A DNA stretch of 64,000 nucleotides from Moniliella sp. 'wahieum' (taxonomy: Eukaryota), in contig RSEE01000110.1 of NCBI GenBank assembly GCA_003971905.1, forward strand, positions 1 to 64,000, written 5' to 3'. This document shows positions 14,128 through 27,606 of the stretch, piece after piece; the stretch's first letter is position 1; every line of letters begins with the position of its first letter. The notes below the pieces were generated by a model, which ran no database searches, was not told the origin of the DNA, and saw nothing but the letters and a program-made list of their open reading frames with translations. Position numbers and translations under genes: made by a program.

Positions 14128-14685
14128 GGTGTGGCTATGCAGCGCTTGACCCGCGCCGAGAGGGACGGTGTGGGGCGTGGCCGTCAGGCCTCAGGCCTGA
14201 GGGTGGATAGGGAAGAGCAGCGGGTCACGTTCCCTGTCGGTAATGATGTGGGGGGGCGAAGGGGAGATGGTGGTGGGGGAGGGAACGAGGTGAATATATG
14301 TACGCATGAAGTCGACTGTCCAGCGCGGGACGCGAGGATGGAGGACAGAGGAATGAATATAGACGCGCCGTGTTTGGTGCTCTGGAGAACCGGGACGGTG
14401 GGGGGGGGGGCAGAGGGCACAGGCCCAGGCCCAGGGGCAGTCCAAGGCGCAGCGAGCAGCCCCACTTTTTCAACGTTCAATATCCACCACTCAGTAACTC
14501 AGTACCCATGGCAAATTTCCGGGGGCAGCAAGCGGGGCGGAATGCGGGGCGGGGAATGTACATTCCGCCGTGCTGCGGGCGTGTCGACGTTTGAGCCAGA
14601 CGGGGCCAACCGGATGGAGCTAAGCGAACCGCAGCGGGCTGGCACCGGACAGCTAAGTGCGAAGCCACCCCAGGACGCCGTGGCC

Positions 14686-16524
14686 ATGTCTCCATCTGCG
14701 TCTGGGTCTGCGTCTGGGTCTGGTCTGCGTCTGCGTCGGCTGAGCAGCAGACGTGTGAGCCCGAGGCCGAGCGCGGGTGGGAGCGCAGCATGCGCAAGCG
14801 CTCGTGGCGCTCGACGAGCTGCTATCCACAGGTGTGCGGCTCACTAAGCGTGGCCGACCTACTGACCGCGCAGCGGCGCCGCACCTACGCGCCTCGGTAC
14901 CCGAGAGCGCACTCTACACCCACCTGCGCCAGATGGAACGGCAGCTGGACTGGGCTGTTGCGCAACGACGTGCGCAGTTGCTTCAGGCGCTCCAACCGGC
15001 GCCCAAGTCCCGTCGTAAAGTACGTGTGTTTCTTTCCCACACGTGTGCGCACCAAGTGCCATCGTCGTCCGCGTCCACATCCTCGCCCCGTCCCGACTTG
15101 CCCGCCACGCATACGAATACGCACACGCACACGTCCCCCCCCGCTAGCTGGACGTTACGCATCGAAGGTCGTCTGCTGGATCCGACTGTACGTTCGCGTT
15201 CGAACCAAGCCGAAGGTGCACGCGGGACGGCCGCGCGCATTGGCGCCTACAAGTTCTCGAATTTGATTCGTCGTGTGCTTGGGTGGTTTGAGTATGAAGG
15301 CGGCAAGGCGGCTGAGGATGTACCTATTGCCGAGTGGGAGCAGCCTACGCCGATTCCTGTTCCGCTGGGCAGAATACCGGTGCGCATGGAGGACCTTCTG
15401 CTCAAGCGGGTGCGACGAGAGGGTTGGAACCGGGCCAGTTAACGTCCACCGCTGGACCGCTGGATGGGCTGGAGATTAAGCGCCTAGGTCATCGGACCGT
15501 CAAGGCGACCATCTTATTGTACCCTGCTTGCAATCCGGAACAGTTCCGTGTATCTGCGCCGCTGTGTACGTTGCTAGATCTGAGCACGGGCACGCGGGGC
15601 GAAGTAGTGCGGCGCTGGACGTACGTGCGGACCAAGGACTTACTTGATCCGAACGACCGACAACGGATCCTATGCAATTCGGCTCTGCAAGAACTGTTTC
15701 AAAACGCCTACGGTGCACTACCATCATCTCCCCGAGATGATCAACCGGTTCCTCTTGCCGGCCGAACCGGTGCGGATCGAGTACTGGATCCGCACGACCA
15801 AGCCGAGCACAAGTCTGAGTATGCGTACGACATTGATGTGGACCTGGACGACTTGGTCACAAACTACGTGGCCACGAGATCTTGACCCGGTTCGATGCCC
15901 AAGCCAGGTGCCGAGCGAGGTGGCGGATCTGGAGGAACGGGTACGTATTTGGCTCTTTGGCGCTGGAACGATGATCATCTTGTGAAAGTGGCTAACCATT
16001 GCTATGATTGATTAATCTACTGTGTTTTCTGCTTCCTTTCGACCTGGCTACGTACGTGTTGGTGTTCGGTCGTTCGGTCCTGACCGTTAAACGTTGAACA
16101 TGGATTGAACGGTCAGATTGCCGAAGCAGCGACGGCGGTACGCAACCACGCGGCAGTACGCGACTTTTTCCGCAGCTTTGCGCGCCAACCGAGGCAGCAC
16201 ATCCATTCGTGGATTTCAGCAGCATGCGAAAGAGTTGGCGACAGCTGCGGGCCAACCCTTGTTGGGGGGCAAGGGCACAGTGACACGTGGGGAGTGAAGA
16301 AGTGCGGGGCAGAAACGTTCCGTGGATCATGGGTGGAAGAAGCGTTGGTGGTAGCTGAATCGCATCGTAACGCGATTCGGTTTCGCAATTGCAAGCGCAA
16401 GCACCTCCTTCTACCACACCTACCCGACTCCCACTTCGTCCAGCCCGTATCGGCGTCCCAAGTCCCCCCGGCTTCTCAGGGGCCGACAAACCATCGCCAC
16501 GAGCTTCGTAGTACCAACCGATAA
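14686..16524 (+). CDS. SNF12: SWI/SNF-RSC subunit Snf12/Rsc6 (SMARCD/BAF60) with SWIB domain
   Basis: VPESALYTHLRQMERQLDW, KVRVFLSHT, WTLRIEGRLLDP, DGLEIKRLG, WTYVRTKDLLDPNDRQRILCNSALQELF, RDFFRSFA..P; frameshifts and an intron from ~15941. Confidence 0.85.
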
Positions 16525-16923
16525 AGCGTTGGGCACCTGCACTCCTACTTTCACCTATGCGTCTGGATCGTACATGTAGCTACCCAACGGGCGACTTGGC
16601 ATGAACATTGGACATCGTTGGCAGATGATGAAACGCGCGTAGCTTGCCCTACTCTGTACCCAGGAACACGACTGCATCAAATCAGATCTCAGATCAGACA
16701 TGTGAATGGTGAATGCAGCATGAAAGATGCAATAAACGGCCCGGGCCAACAGGCCCAAGGTACCAGAGACGGGGAGGGGAGGGGGGGGGGAGGGGGGTAC
16801 AAGCACACTCCGAGGCTTGCTCTCGGGCGAAAAAGGGGAAAAATGTGGTGTTTTTTTATTCGAGCTCTTCGCTACGACGGATAACGGACGAGGAGCTCAA
16901 GAAAGCCTAGCGGGACCAATCGC

Positions 16924-18385
<1,462 letters not shown>

Positions 18386-18452
18386 GGTGAACGATGGAGT
18401 GAACCTGGTGGGGAGAAAAGAAAACCCCCTGCCCGCGGCGCCAAGCAGAAGG

Positions 18453-18460
18453 TTTATATA
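18453..18460 (-). promoter_or_regulatory. TATA box of TEF1
   Basis: TATATAAA on the minus strand about 70 nt upstream of the ATG. Confidence 0.7.
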
Positions 18461-19135
18461 CCTTGGCGGCACATCGCCACCTGGGCTGCCACCGAAGAAA
18501 AAAAAAAAACGACCACGCTGCACCGCACAGGGCAGTGTATCTGCGCCCCCCCCCGCGCGCTGGGACACCGCCCGCACGACGCCAGTCTCCCTGCGTGGCG
18601 GCAGCAGCTTCCGCCCTGGTTCCGCCGGTGGGGGCCGGGTGGTGCCACGTCGAGGGCGGGCGTGGCTGCGGAGCAGCGCGGGGCTGTGCGCTGGTGGCTG
18701 GTGGCTGGTGCCGGTGGATGGGACGATCGCAGCCCACCCGTTCCGCCCCGGCGTATGCCCGCACCCGCAGCCGAGTTCATTAATCATTGCTCATTCCGCG
18801 CACCCGACCCACCCACCCAGTAACTAGTGACTAACCCACAGCGCCTCCTCCCTACCTGAACCTGAGGTCTGGCACCTGACAGCACACCAGGGACGCGGGA
18901 TGGTAAGTAGTACAATGCTGCCCAAGGGGCCTAACTAGCCTAAGCCTAAGCCTAACGCCAGGCAACGAACCGGCGCGTCTCGACGCCCCTAGTCCAAGCC
19001 CAGCCCAGGCGCCAGGCGCACATGCACCCACACGCATTGGTGCGTGGGTAGGCGGTAGGCAATAGGCAATAGGCAATGGATACGCCACGGCGTCCCCCGA
19101 GGCCTGAGGCCTGAGGCGGGGCCGAATCCAATGGA

Positions 19136-20332
19136 TCAAAATAGGTCCTCCAACGTTAGTTGCTTGGCGATCTGTACAAAAACAAAACGGACTACCAAGT
19201 AGCGGTGCCCGGCCACGCTGTCAGTCCACCTGGCCTCACACGTCACACATGGTAACTTGTCTTGCCCTTGCAACCCTCCGAGCACCCAGAGCACCCAGAC
19301 AAGGGGGGAAGGGAGAAACCAAAGGAGAAAGAGAAGGGGGGGGGGGGGGGACGTACATCCGTATTGGCCACCATGGCCTTGAACTCTTCGAAGTCAATTT
19401 TACCATCGCCATCCTTGTCGGCCTCCATGATGGTCTTATCGGTGATCTGTTGCAACTGCTGGTCCTTGAGGTTGTTACCGACCATCATCTTGAGAACGAG
19501 AAAGAGCTCGCCGTTGGAGATGTAGCCGTCTCGGTCCATGTCGTACACCTTGAAGGCAACTGGAACGCGCGGGGGCAACGTCCAAGTAGCACACGAGCGG
19601 GAGATTCAGAAGATTCAGATTCATCGTTAGTTCATCGTCCCCGGTCGTATGCGGAACGCGAAACGCGAAACGGCAACACCCATGCATCGCACGCACGCAC
19701 AACCACCACCACCACCAAAACCACATCCGAACTCGACGTACACTTCAGCTTCTCGTCCGAGCTGCCATTGTTGCTGAAAGCACTGAGTCCCTGACGAATT
19801 CCTTAAAATCGACCGTACCCGTGCCGCTAGAAGAAGCAGAGAAAAAAAGAATACAACAGTCAGCAGTCAGCTCCCACCATGCAAGAGAAGAGTAGGAGGA
19901 GGCAGCAGAGCTGGGGGTAGAGCAAGGGGGAGTGACCAACTTTTCGTCAAAGATGGAAATGAGGAGGAGGGCGAGCGGGTTGTTGGCGACAGTAGGGATC
20001 TGGAGAAACTCCTCCTTCTCAATGGATCCTGAACCGTTCGTGTCCAGCTTCATAAAGCGTTTCTTCAGCCGGCGGATCTCCGGGCCGGAGACTAGAGAGG
20101 GGGGGGACGGGAGGCCAGACAAGAGGTCAGTGGTCGGAACAGGACAAGACAGAACAGAACAGAACAGAACAGAACAGAACAGAACAAAACAGAACAGAAC
20201 AGAACAGAACAGAACAAAGAGCACAACCCCGCCTATCCAGGAGGGCAGGAGAGGAACAAAAGGAGGAGGAGGAGACATACAGTTGGTCGTGTGCTCAATC
20301 TCGTCGAGCAGTTGAGATCCTTGTTGACCCAT
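19136..20332 (-). CDS. CNB1: Calcineurin regulatory subunit B, multi-exon
   Basis: MGQQGS (myristoylation-type N-terminus), [88 protein letters not shown], last exon [11 protein letters not shown]. Confidence 0.96.
20147..20218. repeat. (AGAAC)n pentanucleotide microsatellite in CNB1 intron 1
   Basis: About 13-14 near-perfect AGAAC units read directly. Confidence 0.95.
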
Positions 20333-22025
20333 GATGAAGTGGCAGGATGGGGAGAGGGCAGCGGGAGGGGTGGTAGGCAAGACGCAAGACGGGCCCAGCA
20401 GTGTGGAGCAGCGGCTGGTGGCGTGCGCGGCTGGCGCCTGCTGTGGCCACTTTTGGAAATTGAACATTGCACCTTGAACAGCTTGAAGCTTGAACCTTGA
20501 ACGTGAACGTTAAACGTTAAACCTTGAAACGTGGCTGCTAGGCGTTGCAATTTGAAATGTGCATTGCAGGGGGGGGGGGCATGGAACGTTATCTAATCCG
20601 CCCACGGCTTCACCCAGTCGAGCGGCGTTTCGGGCGCAACAGTTCAGGCTGAACGTTGAGACTGGGTTATATACTTGTCACTTCCCCTCTGTCCTTCCCA
20701 CTTGCTCTAAGGCCTAAACGTAAACCCTTCAATCGTCCGTAGCCCACTGGGAGATAGCCCATGCATGCGCCCCTGATCTACTGCCACGGGCGGCGGGGGG
20801 GAGAGGGCCACTGTACATATACAGACCACAGCGAGCTTACTATACCGCGTTCCCGCATCCCGGTATAGTTTCTCACCCACCCACCCATTAGTTAGCCTAG
20901 TCGCCGCAGCAACTGCTCCACCACCGATCTCGAACCCACCTCGACGCAGACGCGCACGCGGACCTGGGTACATCCCGCCCCGCATCAGATCCCGTCGTAC
21001 TCGTACGCACGGCCCGTGGTCCATCCGTAGCAGTCAGATTGTGTGAAAAAGAGAAAAGAGATACAAGAGAAGCGGTCGCGGGAAGAGGGGGGGATACAAA
21101 CCGTGTACTAATTGCAGGTTGCACATTCAGGTTGTTGGCTCTTAGGCAGCCGATCGATCATAGTGCAATGGCATGGTTTAAGAGGATGAACCTTGGGGCG
21201 GGAAGTGGACGCCTGTGCCGGTGGTGGTTTGGTCGGGGGGGGGGGAAGGTCGCGGTTGAGAGGGCGGTTTGGTCAAGACTAGAGGTTTAGGGCGGGACAC
21301 GGGACGAGCGCCTTGACCTCCCTCGTTTCTGGAGCCACAAGAGCAGGCCCACTAGGAACAGGAACAGGCAAAGAAGCTGGAATAAGAGTCTGCGTAGGGG
21401 CACCGTCTGCTTCGGCAGTGGGGACCATATCGAGGCTACACGCCCCCTAGGGGAGAAGAATTAAAGAACCTGAAGCAAACACCGAAGTGGGCACTAGAGG
21501 GGCGGGAGGGAAAAGGCGGACGCAGGCACGGTGTGGCTACCAATCCCACGACGGTGAACTTTTGCGTATATATAAAAGTGGACGGTGCGGGGAGAAGAGT
21601 GACCTCCGCCGGCCCTCTTCGTCCTGTGTGCTGGGAAAAGTGCCTTGCACTGCGCGTCCACGGCGTTGTCTCGAGGCAGAGGGTAAGGAGATCCCGTGCT
21701 CGAAGTGGCCGGAGGAGGCTGTCACAGACAGTCTGGAGCTAAGGCGAGGGAAGCTAGAGTCTCGAGACAAAAAGTAGACGGAAGTACTAAAAATCATTCA
21801 CAGGGGGGGGGGGGCAAGCAACAGCAGTAGAGGACATTATGTGGGGCAAAACAAAGGACAGGAAATTCAACCGTCCTCTAACTGATGAGACTGGGAGTCC
21901 AGATGGTCCTCGAGGGTGATGCAATCGCACTAGTGGTGGTGGTGTTGGTCTAAGCCAACCAGCAACGCCTATGTCAGACTCACGCCGTGCTAGGGGGCCC
22001 TTGGCCACTAGACCCGTATGGGCAC

Positions 22026-22207
22026 TGTCACAGTCGGGGCTAAGGCGAGGGAGACCAGGATCAGACTAGGCCAAGGGGTGTAGCAATCGTTCGTGGGGGG
22101 AGAAGCAAGAACAGAGGACATGGTGCGAAGTGGAAGGAACAGGGAAGGAGCGAGACGCTCGAGACGAAGAAATTGGAAATGGGAGCGAGATCGGCCAAAC
22201 TATGACA
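22026..22207. mobile_element. Solo LTR (182 bp) with 5-bp target-site duplication
   Basis: Starts TGTCACAGT and ends ACTATGACA (8/9 inverted match); GGCAC on both sides (22021-22025 and 22208-22212); related partial copy from 21720 (TGTCACAG...GCTAAGGCGAGGGA). Confidence 0.75.
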
Positions 22208-22471
22208 GGCACTATGGCGTGATTCTTATCAGTTGGGAGATCCTGTGTCCACCTCTCGACTGTGCCCCCTTCCTGAGGAGGTACATATACCTCCTGTGCG
22301 TCCATAGATGTATGCAATCCATCTGCGCCCTTTCCCCCATCTCCGTCTCCTGACAGCCTACGGAGGAACATCAAGCAGCGAGTCGCCACCAGGGGCTAAA
22401 CTGCGGAACAAGGAAAAACAGGAGAGAAAAACAACGGAACTCCTAGGCCTGAGGAGGACCTGAAGGGACAT

Positions 22472-22964
22472 TGTTGGCCAAAGCACGAGCCACCTGATGG
22501 CTCAACATTAACCCAACTCCGTAGTGCACTCTCTCTTCCTCACACTCCCATCCTTCATGACATCTCTCTGATGGCTCTGAGTTGAGAGTTAACATTCCCG
22601 CTTCTGCGTTTGGTTGCAACCATGCATCAATTTGCTGTTGATCTCACATCGTTGAAGCAAAACATCCTTGGCTAAAAGTCCTTCCTAGTAGCCACAAAAA
22701 GGGATATATGCCATGGTGCCAAAGGGGGCTGATATCAACATGTTAACCTACCCCCCCCCGTGGCCAAAACATTGCACTCAACCTCCGCCGCAGGTCCATC
22801 CAGACTAATGCGATTGGCAGGAAATCAAATTGTGGGGGAAACCCAATGGCTTCAATGCTGGACAACAAAGTCGATGAAGTACAACAAGACGATGCAGGTC
22901 CTCGGATTAATATGGTACACAAAGGGTTGGCGGGGTGTATTCCCAGCTGGCAAATTGGCCGACA
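22472..22964. mobile_element. LTR-like relic (~490 bp) abutting the tRNA-Ala-like sequence
   Basis: Termini TGTTGGCCAA...TTGGCCGACA (9/10 inverted match, TG..CA); looks CpG-poor relative to flanking genes; no TSD found. Confidence 0.45.
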
Positions 22965-22966
22965 CA

Positions 22967-23038
22967 AGGGGAGATCTCAGGGGGTAGAGCGCTTGCTTAG
23001 CATGCATGAGGTCCGGGGTTCAATTCCCTGTTCGTCCA
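22967..23038 (+). tRNA. tRNA-Ala(AGC)-like sequence, degenerate (probable pseudogene)
   Basis: CTCAG..GGTAGAGCGCTTGC TT AGC AT GCATGAGGTCCGGGGTTCAATTCCCTG...CCA with a T-run terminator at ~23049-23055; acceptor and D stems are mismatched. Confidence 0.7.
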
Positions 23039-24540
23039 TTGTTTACTTCTTTTTTGTGCATCAGGCCAAGGGTTATACTATGACTGCCTAGTGCGGATCG
23101 CTCGCTTGTGGCCACCAGGGCTTAATGCCAATGCTCAAGCTCATCATGCATGCTTACTGCTTGGGCTGGACGGGGAGGAAGTAAGACTACGAGTGGTTAG
23201 CGCTGGCGCTTAGTCCGGTTAACGTTTCGCGTATTAGGGCTTGCTAGCTCTGACTAGGCGCTTACTATAAAGCTGACTGGGGTGGAGAAGGCGTAACGCG
23301 TAACGCGAGGACGAGGAAGCAAGAAAAAAACGCATCGTAAAGCTTAACGCCGCGTACGTATAGCGGAGGTGACTGGCGTGTGTGACAGGGCGGACGGGTA
23401 TGTGAGGTTGGTGTGGCAAGAGAAACTACGATACCTGCGAGAGAATGCAATCGGGCCGATCGACAGGTGAGCCCATGCTGCATCCCATCGGCCATCCTGC
23501 ATCCCATATCCATCGAAGATCGATATTCGATGCGCATTCCAAAGGGCGATTCATGATTGGGTACGCGGGGCATGTGCGGACGGACAGGCGGGGCAGCTGT
23601 CTGGTGGCAGACACTGGGACGCTCTAAACGCAGCGGCAAGCGGCAAGAGTTCAAAGCTGCGTCCAGTCCTAGTCACTAGTCAGGGCAGCCGGCGCGGCAG
23701 GAGAGAGCACGTGCGAGTGCTACGTACTAAAATGGCATGACGCGTGACGCGATGGTCGATGGTCGGTGACATGGTGACAAAGGGCAAGATGCGGGGGGCG
23801 CGGGGGCTGCTTGGCTGGTGGTTGGTGTTTGGTGCAGCCTATTCGAGACCTCGGCGTTTACGCTTAGCCTAAGCGCTACGCTAAGGCTTAAGCTTACGTG
23901 TCCTGGCGCAAGGCGCAAGGCGGAGCCCCAGCCGCAGCGCCGGCGCAGTGCCCCCCTGGTCGGGGGTTGTGGCAAAGTTTAAACGCGAACGCGGGTTAAA
24001 TGAACGGGCAACGCGTAACGGTGTCTCTCCCATCGCCCATCTGAGCTCACGGTGCATGGGCCTGGGCCGGGGACGGGCGCCTGGGGGTCTGAGTTCTGAG
24101 TCGGAGTCGGAGGCCTGGCATCGGGGAGCGCCCTGCAGAACGAAGCATCGAGCATCGATCATCCATCGTCCCTTGGTCTCGTCCGTACCATAAGCACACA
24201 ACACGGCCACCACAGGCGGAGCGCCAGGACGCGTCAGTGTGGGTTCGTTGGGTGTAGCTACCCTGGGACCTTAGACCTGGCGTGCTGCCACTGTGCGGTC
24301 CGTCGTCCAAGCCCGCTGCGGCCCCCTGCCGCCCGCAACTTTTCGTAGACACATCCATCCATGCCGAGCCCTGCCAGGCTTACGTCTGCCGCCGCCGCAC
24401 CGCCGCACTGGCCCACTCAGTACTCACCGCAGAGACTGACAGGGTGTGTTCGGCTGTGTTGCTAGTAGTACTATAAACACCACCGTCTTCTACCGCCGCA
24501 TCTCTACCCCCCCCCCGTCTGTCCGCCTCCCCCACCCGGC

Positions 24541-26878
24541 ATGGCGTACTCCTCCTCGCTCCTCTCCTCGTCGTCCTTGCCCAGCATCCGTCCCCTGCCC
24601 GACGCACGCCCGCCCTCCGCCGCCCCCCGCGCCTACCGCCCAGCCCGCTCACCCAGCCTCTTGCGCACCAGCCCGACGACACCCACGCCCATCCCTACCC
24701 GCCCACCCCCTCGTCAACCGAGATGGATGGCTACTACCCTCTCCGCTCTGCCCCCGCACCCTTCGTGTCTGTTGCCCATGCGCCCGCCCGCCTACCCTTC
24801 TGGCAGCAGCTACGCCTACCCCCCCCCCGCCGGTCCGCCGTCGTCCTACTACCCGAGCTCTACTCGCTGCCATCCCTCACTGCGTCCGCCGGCCCCCGTC
24901 CCATGTCCGATCCCTTTGTCCCCCGCCCGCCCGCCGACACGGCTCCCCCTTTGGCCGAGCCCGCCTCTCCCTTTTCACCCACTGCCCCGCACCAGGGGGG
25001 CTACTACCCCGTCCCCTTCCCCCCGCGCGACCGCGGGTACAGTGTGCCCGAGATGTCCTTTGCGCCACTTGCGCCCTACCGAACCCGGCTGAGCAGTACT
25101 CCGCAAGTCAACTCAGCCACGGATGTCTCCCCCTCGATAATGGCGCTTCAGCTGTGCTGCGGTTGCCCGCTGTGCCGGCGCCTGTGTCCGTGTCTGCATG
25201 CGTATCTGGGTCCGGGTCGGGCCAAGCCTCTAGTACAGCCCTTCTTACCTCGGAACAAGCCCATTTCCAATTCCACCTATCGCATTTACGGCAGCAACCG
25301 ACCTATGTCGGTCTGATTCGTACCACCACCGAGGCGATCAAACTGCTTGCTGCATGTGACCTTCCCAAGGGCACGCCGAACCATCCACCACGTCGGATCC
25401 CACGTCGCCTGCTCGAATCCGAACGTGCGGCCTTGGTTGTTCGGGCAACGTGTTTGCCTGGACGAAGCGGAGACTGGGATTCGTCGTTGGACCGATGGAC
25501 GGGTCTGGTCTGCGAGTCGTGTGAATGGTGGGTTCTTGACCTACCGTGAACTTCTTGTGCGCAAGCAGTATGTCCTTCCTCCCTCCTCTTAGCTTCCCCC
25601 CTGGGGACCCTTTCCTTTCTTGCCTCTCATGTTGGTACCAGTGCGCTGACCTATAGGTTTGTTGGTTTGCTCTTTTGCCCAGTCGGAATGGGGCGGTAGG
25701 CTGTCCTACCCAGAACGAATATAAAGTCGATGGCTTGATCAAGCAATCGTTCACCATCACCACCACCTCAGGACGCAAGTTGCACGTTATTTCCTACTAC
25801 TACAAACGGGACTTGCAAGACGGTGGACAGTTCCGACGGGTGGACGAGGACGAACGGTTTTCCAATCCGCCGAACGGCTGGCCGGTCCATGTGGACCCGA
25901 GCGAGTACCCAGATCCTGATCCTGACGACTTGGCACTCCAAGCTCAAGCCAAGCAGGACGAAGCCAAGCGGACCCTGAGCGCACAATATAAACAACAGTC
26001 TACGCGTGTACCCAGTGGGACCAACAGCACTACTAGGTCAGCTCACCTTCCCAAACCGAGTCGAACTACGACCAAGCCCTACGCCACGGAAGCAAGGGCG
26101 TACTACCACCCCACCACCACCACCACCGTCCGCCCTGCTTCCCAACCAAAACGAAGACGCGTCGAACCGGTACCGGTACCGCTAGCAACAGGAACAGGCG
26201 GTACGAGCACCACCCCACCCAATACTAACTCCGCAACCATCACCAGTGGTTCCAATACGTACGCCAACTACATGGGACCGGTGCGGGAATCAATAACCGA
26301 CCCTTCGTCTCGCCGCACACACACTCCCACGCACATACACACGGGCACTCCCACACCCACTCCCACGCATACGCATACGCACACGCGTACGCGTACACGT
26401 ACCGTACCCCCTTCCCACGGCTCACCTCCCGTGCCTCCATCAGTAAGTTCGCCCGTTGCGCTGGGAGGTGCGTCTTACCTCGCCCAACAGTGCCCATCAA
26501 AGTGTAAATTCCCGAGCTACTACAACTACAACTACGACTAATCGGTGGACTTCTTATCCCACCCATTTGACCCATGGGTCCTCCTCGACCCATTTGACCC
26601 ACTGACCCATTCTTTGGTGAACACGCTTCCTTTCTAGTATCTCTGGGTGCAGCGTAACTGACCACGCTTCTACGTTTTCCTTGGGTAGGGGCAGGTACAG
26701 CAGCAGCAACCGCAATCCCTACCGCCAGCCCAACCGCAATCCCAAGCACAATCCCAAGCACAAGCACAAGCACAAATACAGGTCCAAGTCCAACCGCAAG
26801 CTCAAGCCCGACCAGTCGGCAGCAGGTGAACTCCTTATTGGCCAAAAAGATTAAGGACGAGCGTTGACCTCGCTCATA
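24541..26878 (+). CDS. Gti1/Pac2 (WOPR) family transcription factor, Pac2-like
   Basis: QPTYVGLIRTTTEAIKLLAAC, RIPRRLLESER, GIRRWTDGRVWSASRVNGGFLTYREL, YKVDGLIKQSFTITT..KLHVISYY; Pro-rich N-terminus; 3' end uncertain (26541-26910). Confidence 0.88.
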
Positions 26879-27004
26879 ACGCGTGATGGATGGCGAATGT
26901 GTGGAGTGGAGTAACACGTGTTGAGGTTGGAGTGCATACTAAGCCTCTTTTTGGTGGGCTGGTATGATGGGTAGGCAGAGCTTGTCTCCCCCGTAAGGGC
27001 GGGG

Positions 27005-27325
27005 AGGTGCGTGCGAGGTGCGAGGTGCGAGGTGCGAGATGTGGTTGTATTTGTATTTGTGTTGGTTGCTGTGTGGGAGTCGAGTAGATGGAGTGCGTTC
27101 AGCGAACTGCAGGGAAGTTTCCACAACTATACGTTTTGGAGACGTTGGTCGATAGATGGTTGCTTCGCGTCAAGGTTTTCGACGTGTATAGTGTAAGGCT
27201 GCAGTCTCAAGGTCTCAAGGTCTCAAGGTCTCAAGGTCTCAAGTTTTCTTACTTTGTGTACTATATCTGGCTTTCTCGTTCTGGGTGTTGTGATCCATTT
27301 CCATTTCCATTTCCATTTCCATTTC
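27005..27325. repeat. Cluster of short tandem repeats between convergent genes
   Basis: (GTGCGAG)x4 ~27011-27038, (GGTCTCAA)x4 ~27205-27243, (ATTTCC)x4-5 ~27295-27325. Confidence 0.8.
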
Positions 27326-27606
27326 TATCCATTTCTACCCGGTATGTCTGTCCACCAAGCCATCGTTCCACGTTCGCCCTGTTCACGTATCCTCAGTAAA
27401 CCTTTTCCCCCACAGCGAGAACACAACGTGATACACCTATATACGTATCCCCCCAGCCTTGCTACGTATCCTCATCGTCTTCCTTAGTTGCATTCCTCAG
27501 TGTGGTGCACCAAACGATAAACGACAAAAAAAGCGAGAAAGGAAACGCGATCCACCACGCGATCCACCACCCGATCCCACTCCCACTCCGACTCGCATCG
27601 ATCACT

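Noticed and set aside
20147..20218. Regular short repeats read as a CRISPR-like array
   Set aside because: Pure microsatellite without spacers, inside a fungal intron
21855..21910. GAAA...CTGATGAG plus a short stem, resembling a hammerhead ribozyme core
   Set aside because: No GAAA follows stem II, and stems I and III cannot be formed in any permutation
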